Source of the DNA: an uncultured Methanoregulaceae archaeon
GTDB taxonomy: Archaea > Halobacteriota > Methanomicrobia > Methanomicrobiales > Methanospirillaceae
DNA length: 64,000 bases
Reading direction: 5' to 3'
Assembly (NCBI GenBank): GCA_963717525.1
Contig: OY970343.1
Span: 1,408,001-1,472,000 of the forward strand
Shown: positions 30,201 through 41,365 of the stretch, piece by piece
Layout: each line of letters opens with the position of its first letter
Numbering within the stretch: the stretch's first letter is position 1
The notes under the pieces: generated by a model
Seen by the model: only the letters and a program-made list of their open reading frames with translations
Database searches by the model: none
What the model was told of the DNA's origin: nothing
Translations under genes and position numbers: made by a program

Positions 30201-31352
30201 TCATTTGAACAGGAACGACAGGAATTCTGTTGCTTCCATCGTTCCGAACATCCCGGATTGTGCTTCTTTCTCGGTGAAATGCATGCACCCATCTGTGCCC
30301 TTTCCGGTCACCACAAAAGGCACCGGTTCACGGGAATGCGTCTTGATCCGGATTGGCGTCGGGTGATCCGGGAGGACGGCTACGATTCCGTCAAACTTTT
30401 CCCGTATTGCACCCACAACCCGGTCTACATTCTCGATGGCCCGCACTTTTTCCTCAACGCTCCCAAGGTGCCCTGCCTCATCCGGGGCCTCGATGTGGAC
30501 ATAGACAAAGTCCAGACGTTTGATCGCATCGAGAGCATACCGTGCCTTTGCCATGTAATCCGTATCCAGGTATCCCGTGGCGCCGGGGACTTTGATGACC
30601 TCCATCCCGGCACAGCGGGCGATGCCGTTCAGGAGATCGACAGCCGATATCATTCCCCCCGTGCGGTTATATTTTTGGGAGAACAGGGGAAATGCCGGCC
30701 GCCGCCCACCGCTCCACGGCCAGATCTGCGTCGCCGGGGGCTTGCCCACTTTTACCCGTGCCACGTTTACAGGGTGCCCGCTGAACACTTCGCGGCTCTT
30801 TTCCATGCAGGACAAAAGGAGATCCGCATCCCCGTTCCTCGGCAGGTAACCTGCGATCGGTTGTCCCACGATATCATGGGGAGGTGTCGAATCCGCTGCC
30901 GACCCCCGGGGAACGACAACGAGGTTACGGTAGCTGACCCCGGCTTTTACGACAACTTCAGGCACTTTTGGGGCGAGCGATTCAAAGAGCGCGGCACCTT
31001 CGACGCTGGAGATGTGACCTGCGGAAAAATCCGCCATGATCCCGTCCCTGACGGTCACAATATTGCACCGGTATGCAATATCGGCTGGTGCAAGGTCGAT
31101 TCCCATGCTCAGCGCCTCGAGAGGTCCCCGGCCGGTATAGTACTTCTCCGGGGCGTAACCGAGGATGGACATATTTGCGATATCGCTTCCTGCCTCGAAA
31201 CCGTCGGGGATCGTGTGCAGCATGCCGCACGCGCCTTCCCTCGCCATCCGGTCCATGTGCGGGGTCCTGGCATATTCAAGGGGAGTTTTTCCCCCCAGGT
31301 GCGGGATCGGCTCATCCGCCATGCCGTCCCCGAGAATCAGGATACATTTCAT
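30201..31352 (-). CDS. apgM: Cofactor-independent phosphoglycerate mutase (archaeal type)
   Basis: LGDGMAD, GSDIAN, GRGPLEA, APDEAGH, PDHPTP..TH. Confidence 0.95.
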   Translation of the reverse strand: MKCILILGDGMADEPIPHLGGKTPLEYARTPHMDRMAREGACGMLHTIPDGFEAGSDIANMSILGYAPEKYYTGRGPLEALSMGIDLAPADIAYRCNIVTVRDGIMADFSAGHISSVEGAALFESLAPKVPEVVVKAGVSYRNLVVVPRGSAADSTPPHDIVGQPIAGYLPRNGDADLLLSCMEKSREVFSGHPVNVARVKVGKPPATQIWPWSGGRRPAFPLFSQKYNRTGGMISAVDLLNGIARCAGMEVIKVPGATGYLDTDYMAKARYALDAIKRLDFVYVHIEAPDEAGHLGSVEEKVRAIENVDRVVGAIREKFDGIVAVLPDHPTPIRIKTHSREPVPFVVTGKGTDGCMHFTEKEAQSGMFGTMEATEFLSFLFK

Positions 31353-31373
31353 GATAGTGTGTCCCGGAAACCC

Positions 31374-32309
31374 TTACGCTCCGTCAAGCATTGCCCTGAC
31401 GGCAATCCTGACGCTTTCCCGTGAACCGACCTGAGGTTTCCAGCGCAGCGCCTTTATCTTATCAATCGCGAGCAGCATCTTTGGCACATCGCCGACCCAC
31501 CCGCGTTCGCCCCCGGTAAACCGGAATTTTGTATGGGGGAGGTGCATCTCCTCCGTGACGATCTCCGCTATGCTCTTTACATCGATCCAGTCCTCGGATC
31601 CAATATTGAATATGTTGACCCTGCCCCGGGCGTGCCCGACGGCAAAGAGCATGGCCGCCACGCACTCGTGCACTTCAAGGTAGGATTTTGTCTGTTTTCC
31701 GTCGCCAAGGATCTCAAGTTCAGCGGGGTTCGTTTCAAGTTTATGGATAAAATCGGTGATCACCCCGTGACCGCTCCGGGATCCGATGATATTGGCAAAC
31801 CGGAACATCCATGCGCTCATGCCAAACGAGTGGCAGTACGCGGAGATCAGTGCCTCACAAGCGAGTTTGCTCGCGCCGTAGACAGAAATAGGTTCAAGCG
31901 GAGTATAACTTTCAGGTGTCGGGATAACCTTCGCATCACCATAAACTGTCGAGGTCGAGGTGAACACCATCTCGGGAATGTTGCAGTGGCGCATCGCTTC
32001 CAGGACCCGGTAGGTCGCCATAATATTGTTCTGCATCGTCGGATCAGGATTTACCGCGCTTTGGCGGACATCCGGGTCTGCTGCAAGGTGAAAGAGCCGG
32101 TCTGCACCGTTTATGGCATCCTGCCACCCGTCACTGAGCAGATCTGCCTGCACGAACCGGATATCGCAAGAATCAATATGCCGGGCAATGGTCTCTTTAC
32201 GCCCGGCACAGAGTGAGTCAATTACCACAACCTCGTTACCTTGGGCAACGAGAGTATCAACCAGATGTGAACCGATAAAACCAGCACCACCTGTTACGAC
32301 ATCGAACAT
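31374..32309 (-). CDS. NAD-dependent epimerase/dehydratase (UDP-glucose 4-epimerase-like)
   Basis: TGGAGFIGSHL, YGASK. Confidence 0.93.
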   Translation of the reverse strand: MFDVVTGGAGFIGSHLVDTLVAQGNEVVVIDSLCAGRKETIARHIDSCDIRFVQADLLSDGWQDAINGADRLFHLAADPDVRQSAVNPDPTMQNNIMATYRVLEAMRHCNIPEMVFTSTSTVYGDAKVIPTPESYTPLEPISVYGASKLACEALISAYCHSFGMSAWMFRFANIIGSRSGHGVITDFIHKLETNPAELEILGDGKQTKSYLEVHECVAAMLFAVGHARGRVNIFNIGSEDWIDVKSIAEIVTEEMHLPHTKFRFTGGERGWVGDVPKMLLAIDKIKALRWKPQVGSRESVRIAVRAMLDGA

Positions 32310-32348
32310 CAATACCTATTATGTAACCCATGCTATAGGATTACTGCT

Positions 32349-33227
32349 ATGTTCATCGGGATTGACCACGGCACAACCGCCATGCGGTTTGCATCTGGTA
32401 CGGGCCAGTTCAAGCTGACGCGCGAGGAGGCAACAGGATTTACGGTCGCAGACCTTGGCCGGCTCTGCCCACCCGATGATATCGAGGGAATTGCACTCTG
32501 CTATTCGATGGGTGACAATTTTTCGAAGATCAGCGCTATAAAAAAGATAAAAAACCGGGGCATTGTCAGCCGCGAAGGGGCGGGTAAGCACATCGGCGGG
32601 GGAACCAAGGTCTTTGATGAGATCAAAAAGAGCGGCATACCCACGGTCGTGATCCCGGGTCTGCACCGGGGTTCCCCGACCGATCCACGGTTCAAGGCCT
32701 ACTCCCACCAGTCCAGCCCGGAAAAGGTCGGGATCGCTTTTGAGGTCTGCCACGATCTGGGGGACGATATCATCGTCTCCGATGCAAGTTCCAATACCGT
32801 GACTCTCCTTGTCTCGGCGGGAAAGCTGATCGGGGCCTTTGATGCCTGTATCTTTGCCCCTGGCACCCGGCATGGTGCACTTGATGTCGATGCCATCCGC
32901 CGAATTGATGCAGGCGAATGCACCGCAAACGAGGCCTTCCAGCAGGCTGGTGTGAACTATACACTTCCTGAGGAAGGCAACCTTCGTATGAGGACTGTCG
33001 CCATGTTTTCGGCCATGGAATGCGCCGCGCTCCTGCTGCTCAACCCACGCGCGCGGGTCGCCCTTGCCGGTTCACTCGCCCCTCTCATCGCACCTGATGT
33101 CGAATCACTTCTTGACACAGATGTTGCCGTCTATGATGAATGGTGCGCGTCCCGCGGCCTGGCCAGGATTGCCACCGACGTCTTTTCCGGGGCGGAGGAG
33201 ATCCTTGGTCTCGGTGTGGATCTCTAG
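32349..33227 (+). CDS. Methanogenesis marker protein 12
   Basis: FIGIDHGTTAMRF, YSMGD, SHQSSPEK, DASSNTVT. Confidence 0.85.
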   Translation: MFIGIDHGTTAMRFASGTGQFKLTREEATGFTVADLGRLCPPDDIEGIALCYSMGDNFSKISAIKKIKNRGIVSREGAGKHIGGGTKVFDEIKKSGIPTVVIPGLHRGSPTDPRFKAYSHQSSPEKVGIAFEVCHDLGDDIIVSDASSNTVTLLVSAGKLIGAFDACIFAPGTRHGALDVDAIRRIDAGECTANEAFQQAGVNYTLPEEGNLRMRTVAMFSAMECAALLLLNPRARVALAGSLAPLIAPDVESLLDTDVAVYDEWCASRGLARIATDVFSGAEEILGLGVDL

Positions 33228-33271
33228 ATTTATATTGATTTATCATGTAAAATTACTAGGGGATTTTTCCT

Positions 33272-33817
33272 TTGAGAGAACTACGTATCCACGGCAGAGG
33301 GGGCCAGGGATCTGTCACCGCTGCGGAACTGATTGCTGTTGCCGCATTTGAAGGAGGCGTTTTTTCGCAGGCGTTTCCGGCGTTTGGGGTCGAACGGCGT
33401 GGCGCTCCGGTCCAGGCATTCGTCCGGTTTGATGACCGGAAGATCCGGCTCCGGAGCCAGGTCTACGAGCCGGACTATATCATTGTCCAGGACAGCACGC
33501 TCATCAAGGACGTGAATGTTTTTTCAGGAGTAAAAAAGGGCGGAATCGTTATTGTCAATACCGAGAAGGCACCGGATTACAAGGTGCCCGAGGGTGTCAG
33601 GCTGATCACCATCGATGCGACCTCCATCGCGCTCAAGGTGATCGGGCTTCCCATCACAAACACATCCCTCATGGGAGCGTTTGCCGCTGCTACCGGTGAG
33701 ATCAAGTTCGACGCGCTCAAGAATGCACTCAACCACCGGTTCCCAAAAGAGCTTGCCGAGAAAAACATCGAGGCGGCCCGCCAGGCATTTGAATCGGTCA
33801 AGGGGGCGGCTGTATAA
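33272..33817 (+). CDS. porC: Pyruvate:ferredoxin oxidoreductase gamma subunit
   Basis: HGRGGQG, FGVERRGAPV. Confidence 0.95.
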   Translation: MRELRIHGRGGQGSVTAAELIAVAAFEGGVFSQAFPAFGVERRGAPVQAFVRFDDRKIRLRSQVYEPDYIIVQDSTLIKDVNVFSGVKKGGIVIVNTEKAPDYKVPEGVRLITIDATSIALKVIGLPITNTSLMGAFAAATGEIKFDALKNALNHRFPKELAEKNIEAARQAFESVKGAAV

Positions 33818-34077
33818 TGGCGCTTGCTGTCGGATGCCGTGCCCGGCCGGGAAAAGGCCGTGACAATAAGACCGGATCGTGGCGGGTTTTTAAGCCGATC
33901 TTCGATCACGGGCTGTGCTCCAAGTGCGGGACGTGCCAGGTCATCTGTCCCGAAGGGTGCATAGCAGAGGATAACGAGGGCTTCTTCGATCCCGATTATG
34001 CCTACTGCAAGGGCTGCGGCATGTGTGCGGAAGAGTGCCCCAAGAAAGCGATCGCGATGAAACAGGAGGAGAAATAA
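33817..34077 (+). CDS. porD: Pyruvate:ferredoxin oxidoreductase delta subunit
   Basis: TGSWR, two 4Fe-4S motifs, YCKGCGMCAEECP. Confidence 0.95.
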   Translation: MALAVGCRARPGKGRDNKTGSWRVFKPIFDHGLCSKCGTCQVICPEGCIAEDNEGFFDPDYAYCKGCGMCAEECPKKAIAMKQEEK

Positions 34078-35232
34078 ATGCTCGAAATTACCGAAGGCTC
34101 AATGGCGGTCGCCGAGGCGGTCCGGCTCTGCCGTCCGCAGGTCGTTTCCGCGTACCCGATCACGCCCCAGACCCATATCGTCGAGGCACTCGCAGACATG
34201 GTGGCAAACGGGAAACTCGACGCGGATTATATCACGGTCGAAAGCGAGTTCTCCGCGCTCTCCGCCTGCCTCGGGGCAAGTGCTGCGGGATCCCGTACCT
34301 ATTCCGCGACCACCTCCCAGGGACTTGCCCTTATGTTCGAGGTCTGTTTCAACGTCGCCGGTATGCGTCTGCCGATTGTCATGACCATTGCCAACCGTGC
34401 ACTGGGAGCGCCGCTCTCCATCTGGAACGACCAGCAGGATTCCATTGCCCTGCGTGACGCAGGCTGGCTCCAGTTTTATGCCGAGGACAACCAGGAGGCA
34501 ACTGATCTCCATTATATCGCCTACCGTGTGGCAGAAAATCCCTCCGTCATGCTCCCCGCGTTTGTCTGCTTTGACGGGTTCATCCTCTCCCATACCTATG
34601 AACCGGTGGACATGATCTCCCAGGAAGATGCCGATAAGTACCTCCCGAAGTTTACACCAAAGGAGCGGCTTGATGCAGCAGACCCGATAAGTTTCGGGAT
34701 GTATGCAACGCCCGAGTATTATCTTGAGTTCCGGTACGAGACCGACAAGGCGCTCAAGGACGCAAAGGCTGTGATCAGGGCCGCAGGTGCTGAGTTCGGG
34801 AAAATGTTTGGCCGGGACTACAGCGCAATGGTCGAGGGTTACCAGCTTGAGGATGCGGAAACCGTGATCGTCGCGATGGGATCGATCTGTGGTACCGTAA
34901 AGGACACAATTGACGACTTGCGGGCCGAAGGAAAGAAGGTCGGACTCCTTAAGATCCGGGTCTTCCGGCCGTTCCCGTCTGAAGATGTGGCAAAAGCGCT
35001 CAAAGGGGCAAAGCATGTCGCGGTGCTCGACAAGAACATCTCCCTTGGTGCGAAGGGTGCAGCCGCATTGGAAGTAAAGGACGCTCTCTACGGCTCCGGT
35101 ATCCCGGTCTACGATTATATCCTTGGCCTCGGTGGAAGGGACGTGCAGAAGAAAGATATCCGGGAAGTTGTCACGCTTGCCGGGATGGGAAAAGGCGACC
35201 AGTTTATCGGCCTGCGCAGGGAGGTGCTTTGA
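34078..35232 (+). CDS. porA: Pyruvate:ferredoxin oxidoreductase alpha subunit
   Basis: [26 protein letters not shown]. Confidence 0.96.
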   Translation: MLEITEGSMAVAEAVRLCRPQVVSAYPITPQTHIVEALADMVANGKLDADYITVESEFSALSACLGASAAGSRTYSATTSQGLALMFEVCFNVAGMRLPIVMTIANRALGAPLSIWNDQQDSIALRDAGWLQFYAEDNQEATDLHYIAYRVAENPSVMLPAFVCFDGFILSHTYEPVDMISQEDADKYLPKFTPKERLDAADPISFGMYATPEYYLEFRYETDKALKDAKAVIRAAGAEFGKMFGRDYSAMVEGYQLEDAETVIVAMGSICGTVKDTIDDLRAEGKKVGLLKIRVFRPFPSEDVAKALKGAKHVAVLDKNISLGAKGAAALEVKDALYGSGIPVYDYILGLGGRDVQKKDIREVVTLAGMGKGDQFIGLRREVL

Positions 35233-35234
35233 TC

Positions 35235-36132
35235 ATGGTTGACAAGACCTGCGAACTCTTTGATTCCGGGCACCGGGCCTGTGGGGGATGCGGGGCGGCC
35301 CTTGCGGCCCGGCTCATGCTCAAGGCGGCAGGACCGAATTCCATTGTGGTCTCTTCAACGGGCTGCATGGAGGTCTTCTCCACGCCATATCCTGAAACCG
35401 CATGGAAAGTCCCGTGGATCCACTCGCTCTTTGAGAACGCATCGGCTGTTGCTTCGGGTATCGAATCCTCGCTCAAGAAGCAGGGCAGGAAAGAGAAGGT
35501 CATCGTGATTGCCGGGGATGGCGCGACCTTCGATATCGGGATGCTCTGCATCAGCGGCGCGTTCGAACGCGGCCACGATATCACCTACATCTGCTATGAC
35601 AACGAGGCCTACATGAACACCGGTATCCAGCGGTCCGGGGCTACCCCGTATGATGCCAGCACAACCACAAGCCCGGCCGGGTCGCAGTCGTTCGGGAACA
35701 AGCGTCCCAAGAAGGACATGCCCCAGATTCTCGCAGCTCACGGCGCTCCCTATGTGGCAACTGCATCCATCGCCTATCCCAACGACCTGATCCAGAAAGT
35801 GGAAAAGGCACTCAACACGGTCGGCCCGACCTATGTCCAGATCCATGTGCCCTGTTGCACCGGCTGGGGATTTGAAGGGGAACAGACCATCGCCATCGCA
35901 AAACTGGCCATCGAGACCGGCCTGTGGGTAAACTACGAGATGGTAGATGGGAAGGTGACCAAGGCAAAGAAGGTGGTCAGGAAACCCGTTGAGGAGTACC
36001 TCAAGACCCAGAAACGGTTCCGCCATCTCTTCAAGCCCAAAGAGGCAGGATGCCGAGATCGCCGCCATCCAGGCGATCGCCGACAAGAATGCCGAAAAGT
36101 ACGGCATCGACATCAAGATCAAGAAGGAATAA
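35235..36132 (+). CDS. porB: Pyruvate:ferredoxin oxidoreductase beta subunit; apparent +1 frameshift near 36040
   Basis: [27 protein letters not shown]; removing one A gives ...[30 protein letters not shown] at 36132. Confidence 0.93.
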
Positions 36133-36233
36133 ACTCTGTTTCCTTTTTGTTTCCCGGTAACTAGGACCCTAGTACCCACTTCGGCTGCTGATATTAAGGA
36201 AAAAGTAAATATTTTGTCCGCGAAGCCGCGAAA

Positions 36234-37032
36234 TTACTTTCTCGGTTTTACATTCATATGTTGGTAACAGTCATAGCAGACGGGTTTTGCGTATGATATC
36301 GAATTTTTTTCTTGTCCACAGGAATGACAATATCGTTCTTTATAATTCGGATCTTTGTATTGCACCCAGATAGGGTAGCAATTATTGCGAAGTGGCCTAT
36401 CTGTATTGAACTTGTCCATAGGTTGATCACATCGAATACAATATGCCTCCTCACCAAGTACAGAATCAACAATATTTCCCAGAAGTCCTTTGTTCTGGGT
36501 CATCTTCGGTTTTCGAACGATCTTCGGAGAGCCCGATTTCAGAGTGGCACTTTGGGGATTCAATGTAACAGGCTCGCGTTTTATTTTTGGATTCTCCTTG
36601 CTCTGTTTTACGATCATCTGGACTTCATTATAGGCTTCGCCATATATTGCCGGATCGTCAACTTTCGTGAATCTAATACCCATCTCCCAGTTGTAAGCCT
36701 GCGAATGTTCGTGAAGATTCATTGAAGTGATGAGACCTTTCTTTTTCATTTAAAAAACATTTTGTGTGAAGATTTTCACAAACTCAGGCGTCTGTATTTT
36801 TCAGTCTACGTAAAAATTGTATGTCGTACTCATCGACATTTTTTTCTGAGTTATTCTCGACGCGGGAAATTATTGAAAACTTTATTCCGCGTGTATCTGC
36901 ATTTTCAATATAATTCTTCGTCTGCTGCGGTATCTTGAGGTATGGTGCAACGATATATAGCTCAACATGAGCACCATTTATGATTTCAGTAATAGCACCG
37001 TAGGACATTGCCCCATTCACAAATTTAGCCAT
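36234..37032 (-). pseudogene. Phospholipase D-like (single HKD) nuclease with C-terminal Cys clusters, disrupted
   Basis: IVAPYLK; in-frame TGA at 36784-36786; NLHTKCFLNE; frameshift near 36745; ITSMNL..NWEMGI; CIRC, CHSC..CYDC; AT-rich. Confidence 0.7.
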
Positions 37033-37217
37033 CTGATATCAGGCTTCAATTAATTCTTAACGAGATAAAAGTTTGGCATTTTAAACTATTTACTGCACTA
37101 TAGATCCACATTTTTTCTGAATAAATGAAAATTAAGGTGAAGTTAGTTAACGCCGTTCCCTTCAGCAGATTTCGGCAACAATTTTAATACATTCCAGTCT
37201 GACATTAGTAGGTTATC

Positions 37218-37289
37218 GGGCTCGTGGTCTAGCGGTATGACGTCGCCCTTACACGGCGAAGGTCGCCGGTTCGAATCCGGCCGGGCCCA
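37218..37289 (+). tRNA. tRNA-Val (anticodon TAC)
   Basis: GGGCTCG acceptor/CGGGCCC-A; anticodon arm TCGCC-CTTACAC-GGCGA; GTTCGAATC T-loop; no encoded CCA. Confidence 0.97.
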
Positions 37290-38227
37290 TCTCTTTCTTT
37301 CGGTTTGCGCGGGATCTCCATCATCATGATTTCCCGGAACCCGCATGATCCGGACCGGCCTGCTGCAAAATTTTCAAAAACGTTCGTAAACGCGACGGCT
37401 CTTTTGGAAAAAGTCCGGATACGCTGCCCGAAGATTTCCAAAAATGGCGAGGAGCGATATCGGACATTCAAAAAAAAGTTCGCGAAGGTTGCCGGACTTT
37501 TGTAGAAAAAATCCGGTCATGATCCGGGGATTCCGGGAAAAATCCTGCCCTTACCGGGGGTGCTGGTCCGGCTGACCCCCCAAACCTCCTGATCAAGGCT
37601 ACGCTCATCCGGGCCCGTATTGAGCCCGGATTGACCCCTGGCAGATCCAATCGGAGCCCGTGTCGGGCTCCTTTTCAAAATAAGCCCAAATTGACCTTAT
37701 TTTGGCAAACGGACGAAATAAAAGGTTCACATATCAGCGTTTTACGGCCCGATCATGGGGCCGGATGGGTATTTGCATGATCCCGAAAAAAGTAGCCGAA
37801 AAAAGGCCACTATGGGCCGTTTACAGGCATTATATGGAGCTCAATTTTAGTGTATTTTGGCAAATAAAACGATATTTCAGCCCTGATTCATTTCCTGTGA
37901 AATCGGACGGTTTTACGGGCTTATTTTGTAAGAGACTTGATAACATCTTATTGCGATTCCTCCTCCTCCCTGCGCCGCAGGGAATCGCTCGGCCGCCTCG
38001 TCGGGGCCTCGCTGGGCGAGTACGGTTTTCTCCATCGTGCCCCACCATGCCTCTCGAGGGGCCCTGAGGTGGGGAGGCATCGTACGCGGGGGTATTGGGG
38101 TGGCAGATCCCATCACACCATTTGAATCACCCGGCCCTTGCCAAAAATTTCCGGAAAATGTTCGACTCAGCTGCTGATGATTTCAAAAAAAGTCCGGCTT
38201 GGTTGCTGAGAATTAATAAAAAAAGTT

Positions 38228-38827
38228 TCAGGGAGTTACCGTTGCCGTGCTACCGGAACTTCCCTTCTGGATGGAATCGATCTTGATATCGAATGTCAGG
38301 TTCTGACCAACAAGAGGGTTGTTTCCATCCACTGCTACCCCGGCATCAGTGACATTGAGCACGACAACCGGAATTACACCTCCTGTGTTGCTTTGGAAAT
38401 AGGCTTTTTCACCCGGATAAATAGTCTGATTTTCCTGGAACAAACTCTTTGGTACAATAGCTACAAGATCCGGATTATAGACATACCCTTGGTCGGCAAG
38501 GATCATTACCGTCTTTTCCTCGTTCACTTTCATCCCCCGTACTGCTGCATCAAAACCGGGAAGCACCTGGCCGCTCCCGACCGTGAACGTGAACGGGGAT
38601 GTGTTGACATTGGTCTGATAGACCGTCTTATTATCAAACATAAGGGTATAGGTGACGTTCACGGTATCCCCGGCCGCCACCACCACGGGCGGCACAACGA
38701 ACACGAAGTAGATGACAATAACAGCAATGACAAGCACAAGTATCGCTGCCGCGATTCCAACCATCTTGTATTGCTCCTTTCGTACAGCCACCTTCTCCTT
38801 GCCTTTCTGTTTCTCGGATTTCTTCAT
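38228..38827 (-). CDS. Membrane-anchored FKBP-type peptidyl-prolyl isomerase (SlyD-like)
   Basis: N-terminal TM; GDTVNVTY, GSGQVLPGFD, DGNNPLVGQNLTFDI. Confidence 0.9.
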   Translation of the reverse strand: MKKSEKQKGKEKVAVRKEQYKMVGIAAAILVLVIAVIVIYFVFVVPPVVVAAGDTVNVTYTLMFDNKTVYQTNVNTSPFTFTVGSGQVLPGFDAAVRGMKVNEEKTVMILADQGYVYNPDLVAIVPKSLFQENQTIYPGEKAYFQSNTGGVIPVVVLNVTDAGVAVDGNNPLVGQNLTFDIKIDSIQKGSSGSTATVTP

Positions 38828-38941
38828 GGTACTCCTATCTAGAATTCGCCGGTAAACAATATACCCTTGCTTCTCAGATAGGTATGCAAAGGCAACGAGC
38901 CGGAAACCCTTACGAGGTCCGGCCGTCACGGAAATATCGCT

Positions 38942-40048
38942 ATGGACAGAAACGATCCCGCAAAGAGGCCGGGAACCATCACAACCCTACACAAAACGCT
39001 CTGGGCAGAGATCCATACGGAGCGGGAGCGGCACCGCGAGCTGTACGCGTCGGGTACCACCGGCAGGATCACGCTGATCATTCTGGGCGTTGCGATCCTG
39101 ATCAATATCTTCCTGTTCTTTGAAAATCCGCTCTATCCCCTTATGTTTACCTCGGCAAGTTTCTTCCTTTTTATGTTCTATTTTGTTACACTCCTTATCC
39201 CCCACAACCTGAAAGAGACGCCGCTGCCCCAGACAGAGATCTCCCGGTACCTCGTGCGGCTGCGCGAAAACGGTATTATCGTAAGCACCAGGAGGTTCAC
39301 CCGTGTCTTTCTCAATGCCTTTTTTATCAACTGCCGCCCGCTCTTTTACGGGTTTGCACTGATCTTCTCCATCGATATCGTGCTTGTGATCGCGATGGCT
39401 GCACAGGGCGTGCTTTCGTCGTCCAGTACGGTAATAATCCTAATGGAATCAGCTGCCATCATCCTGTTCTACTTCCTTGTCTGGCGACTTGAACCATACA
39501 CCATCGAATTCTTCTCCGGGGTCTCCGGGGTAAAAGAGCGCCTGATCCAAAAACGGGTTCCCGAGCCGGTGGTCTCCTCCCTGTTTTTTTTGAGCGCAGC
39601 ACTCGCCCTTGTCGGTATTCTCTCGACACTTGTTCTGCTCCCGGGCATGTCCGTGAACAATATCCTCTCGGTAACAGAACTAAAACAACTCAGCCATTTC
39701 TTCCTTGCCATCGGTGTGATTCTTATTACCCAGTACTTCATCATGCGCTACATTCACGGTAATACCAGCCGCGATCTGCTCGCACGGTTTTCGCAAGGCA
39801 AGGCTGCCTGTCTCTTCCACCAGATCGAACTTACCGGGCAGACCGGAAGGTCCTCTTCTGGCGCCGCAGACGAGGATGCAGAGGCCGCTGCCGTGTGCAG
39901 GGCCGCAGAACTCCTGCTCGAATCGCAGATCTACCAGGTCGATAAAAAGACACTGTTCGGTACGTTTCCGGTCTATATCGTAAATCCGGATTTTTCCTGG
40001 GTATTTTTCCCTGCTGTGCCTCACGACGGGGAAACACCCCTCGGCTGA
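38942..40048 (+). CDS. Hypothetical polytopic membrane protein
   Basis: 368-aa ORF with about six hydrophobic segments. Confidence 0.75.
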   Translation: MDRNDPAKRPGTITTLHKTLWAEIHTERERHRELYASGTTGRITLIILGVAILINIFLFFENPLYPLMFTSASFFLFMFYFVTLLIPHNLKETPLPQTEISRYLVRLRENGIIVSTRRFTRVFLNAFFINCRPLFYGFALIFSIDIVLVIAMAAQGVLSSSSTVIILMESAAIILFYFLVWRLEPYTIEFFSGVSGVKERLIQKRVPEPVVSSLFFLSAALALVGILSTLVLLPGMSVNNILSVTELKQLSHFFLAIGVILITQYFIMRYIHGNTSRDLLARFSQGKAACLFHQIELTGQTGRSSSGAADEDAEAAAVCRAAELLLESQIYQVDKKTLFGTFPVYIVNPDFSWVFFPAVPHDGETPLG

Positions 40049-40164
40049 TATTCACACCGGTCCCAAGGCCAGCGGCCTGCCCCTCGCTCCGGAGGCAAAA
40101 AGAGAGAAACTACCCCGATTGAACTTTATTTATAGATGGAAAACTCATGTAAAACGTAGTGCCT

Positions 40165-41058
40165 ATGTCAGACGAAATAAAGATCGCAGAGGTGGCGGGA
40201 AAGAAAGTCCAGTGGGATCCTGCGCAGATGCGGAAAATTCAGGAACACCCCTGTTTTTCCGAGAAGGCATGCCATGCCTTCGGGCGCTGTCACATCCCCG
40301 TGGCGCCGAAGTGCAACATCCAGTGTAACTACTGTATCCGGGATTTTGACTGCGTCAACGAGAGCAGGCCCGGTGTGACCACCCGGATCCTCAAGCCGGA
40401 CGAAGCCATGGACATGGTAAAAAAGGTCGTCGATAAATACGACTATATCAAGGTCATCGGCATTGCGGGTCCCGGGGATCCCCTTGCAAACGAGGAGACC
40501 TTCGAGACACTCAAAAGGCTCCACGAGCAATACCCGGGGGTCATCAAGTGCATCAGTACAAACGGCCTGCTCCTGCCTGAAAAGATCGACCTGCTCCAGA
40601 AATATGACGTGGGTAACATCACGGTCACGCTCAACGCGATCGACCCGGAGATCGGGGCGAAGATCTACCAGTTCGTCGATTACCACGGAAAGCGGTACAC
40701 GGGCATCGAAGCGGCAAAGCTGCTCCTCTCGCAGCAACTGAAGGGTATCGAGATGGCAGTGGCACGGCATATGATCGTGAAGATCAATACAGTCTATATC
40801 CCGGGCATCAACGAAGATCATATCATAGACATCGCAAAGAAGGTCGGGGAGATGGGCGTCTATACCTTTAACCTCATCCCGCTGATCGCCCAGTACAAGT
40901 TCGCCGACATCACGCCGCCAACACCCGAGATGAAACGGAAGATGCAGGATGCCTGCTCAAAGTATGTTAAACAGATGCGGCATTGCCAGCGCTGCCGTGC
41001 CGATGCGATCGGCAAGCTCGGGCACGATGTCCAGTCGTGTATGTACGAGAACAAATAA
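40165..41058 (+). CDS. nifB: NifB-type radical SAM protein (no NifX domain)
   Basis: HPC, CNIQCNYC, ESRPG, AGPGDPL, TNG, CQRCRADA. Confidence 0.9.
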   Translation: MSDEIKIAEVAGKKVQWDPAQMRKIQEHPCFSEKACHAFGRCHIPVAPKCNIQCNYCIRDFDCVNESRPGVTTRILKPDEAMDMVKKVVDKYDYIKVIGIAGPGDPLANEETFETLKRLHEQYPGVIKCISTNGLLLPEKIDLLQKYDVGNITVTLNAIDPEIGAKIYQFVDYHGKRYTGIEAAKLLLSQQLKGIEMAVARHMIVKINTVYIPGINEDHIIDIAKKVGEMGVYTFNLIPLIAQYKFADITPPTPEMKRKMQDACSKYVKQMRHCQRCRADAIGKLGHDVQSCMYENK

Positions 41059-41365
41059 TCTCCATCTCATTTTTCCGGCATAACTTCCTCTGCCGGGGAT
41101 CAACCGGCTGACATGACCGGTGATTTTTCGTGTGCCATTCTTTTTTTGGGGTCCCACAGGAAGTCCTGTGTTCCCTGACCGGATGCTGGTAAATTAACCA
41201 AACGCGAGGGGATGAGATCCCACCCCCCAGTGCCAGGAAACGGAACCGGTCGGAAATGAGAGATAATCCAAAAAAAAGTCCCGGGGACCGGTACCAGTGC
41301 GTTCAGCAGGGGGCGAGAAGTACGTCCCGTTCTCTTCCCTGTATGTCCTGGGATAGTACCGGGAA

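Noticed and set aside
36784..36786. Selenocysteine readthrough of the in-frame TGA in the PLD gene
   Set aside because: Position is not a catalytic Cys site, a frameshift follows, and no SECIS was recognised.
37218..37289. tRNA-Val as the attachment site of the integrase
   Set aside because: I found no duplicated tRNA fragment in the window; the integrase abuts the sRNA-derived repeat instead.
37365..37545. CRISPR array
   Set aside because: Units are too degenerate, the period is too short for repeat plus spacer, and no cas genes are present.
40165..41058. Stand-alone nifB as evidence of a new nitrogenase-like system
   Set aside because: Unlinked, NifX-less NifB is common in methanogens; no nifH/D/K nearby.
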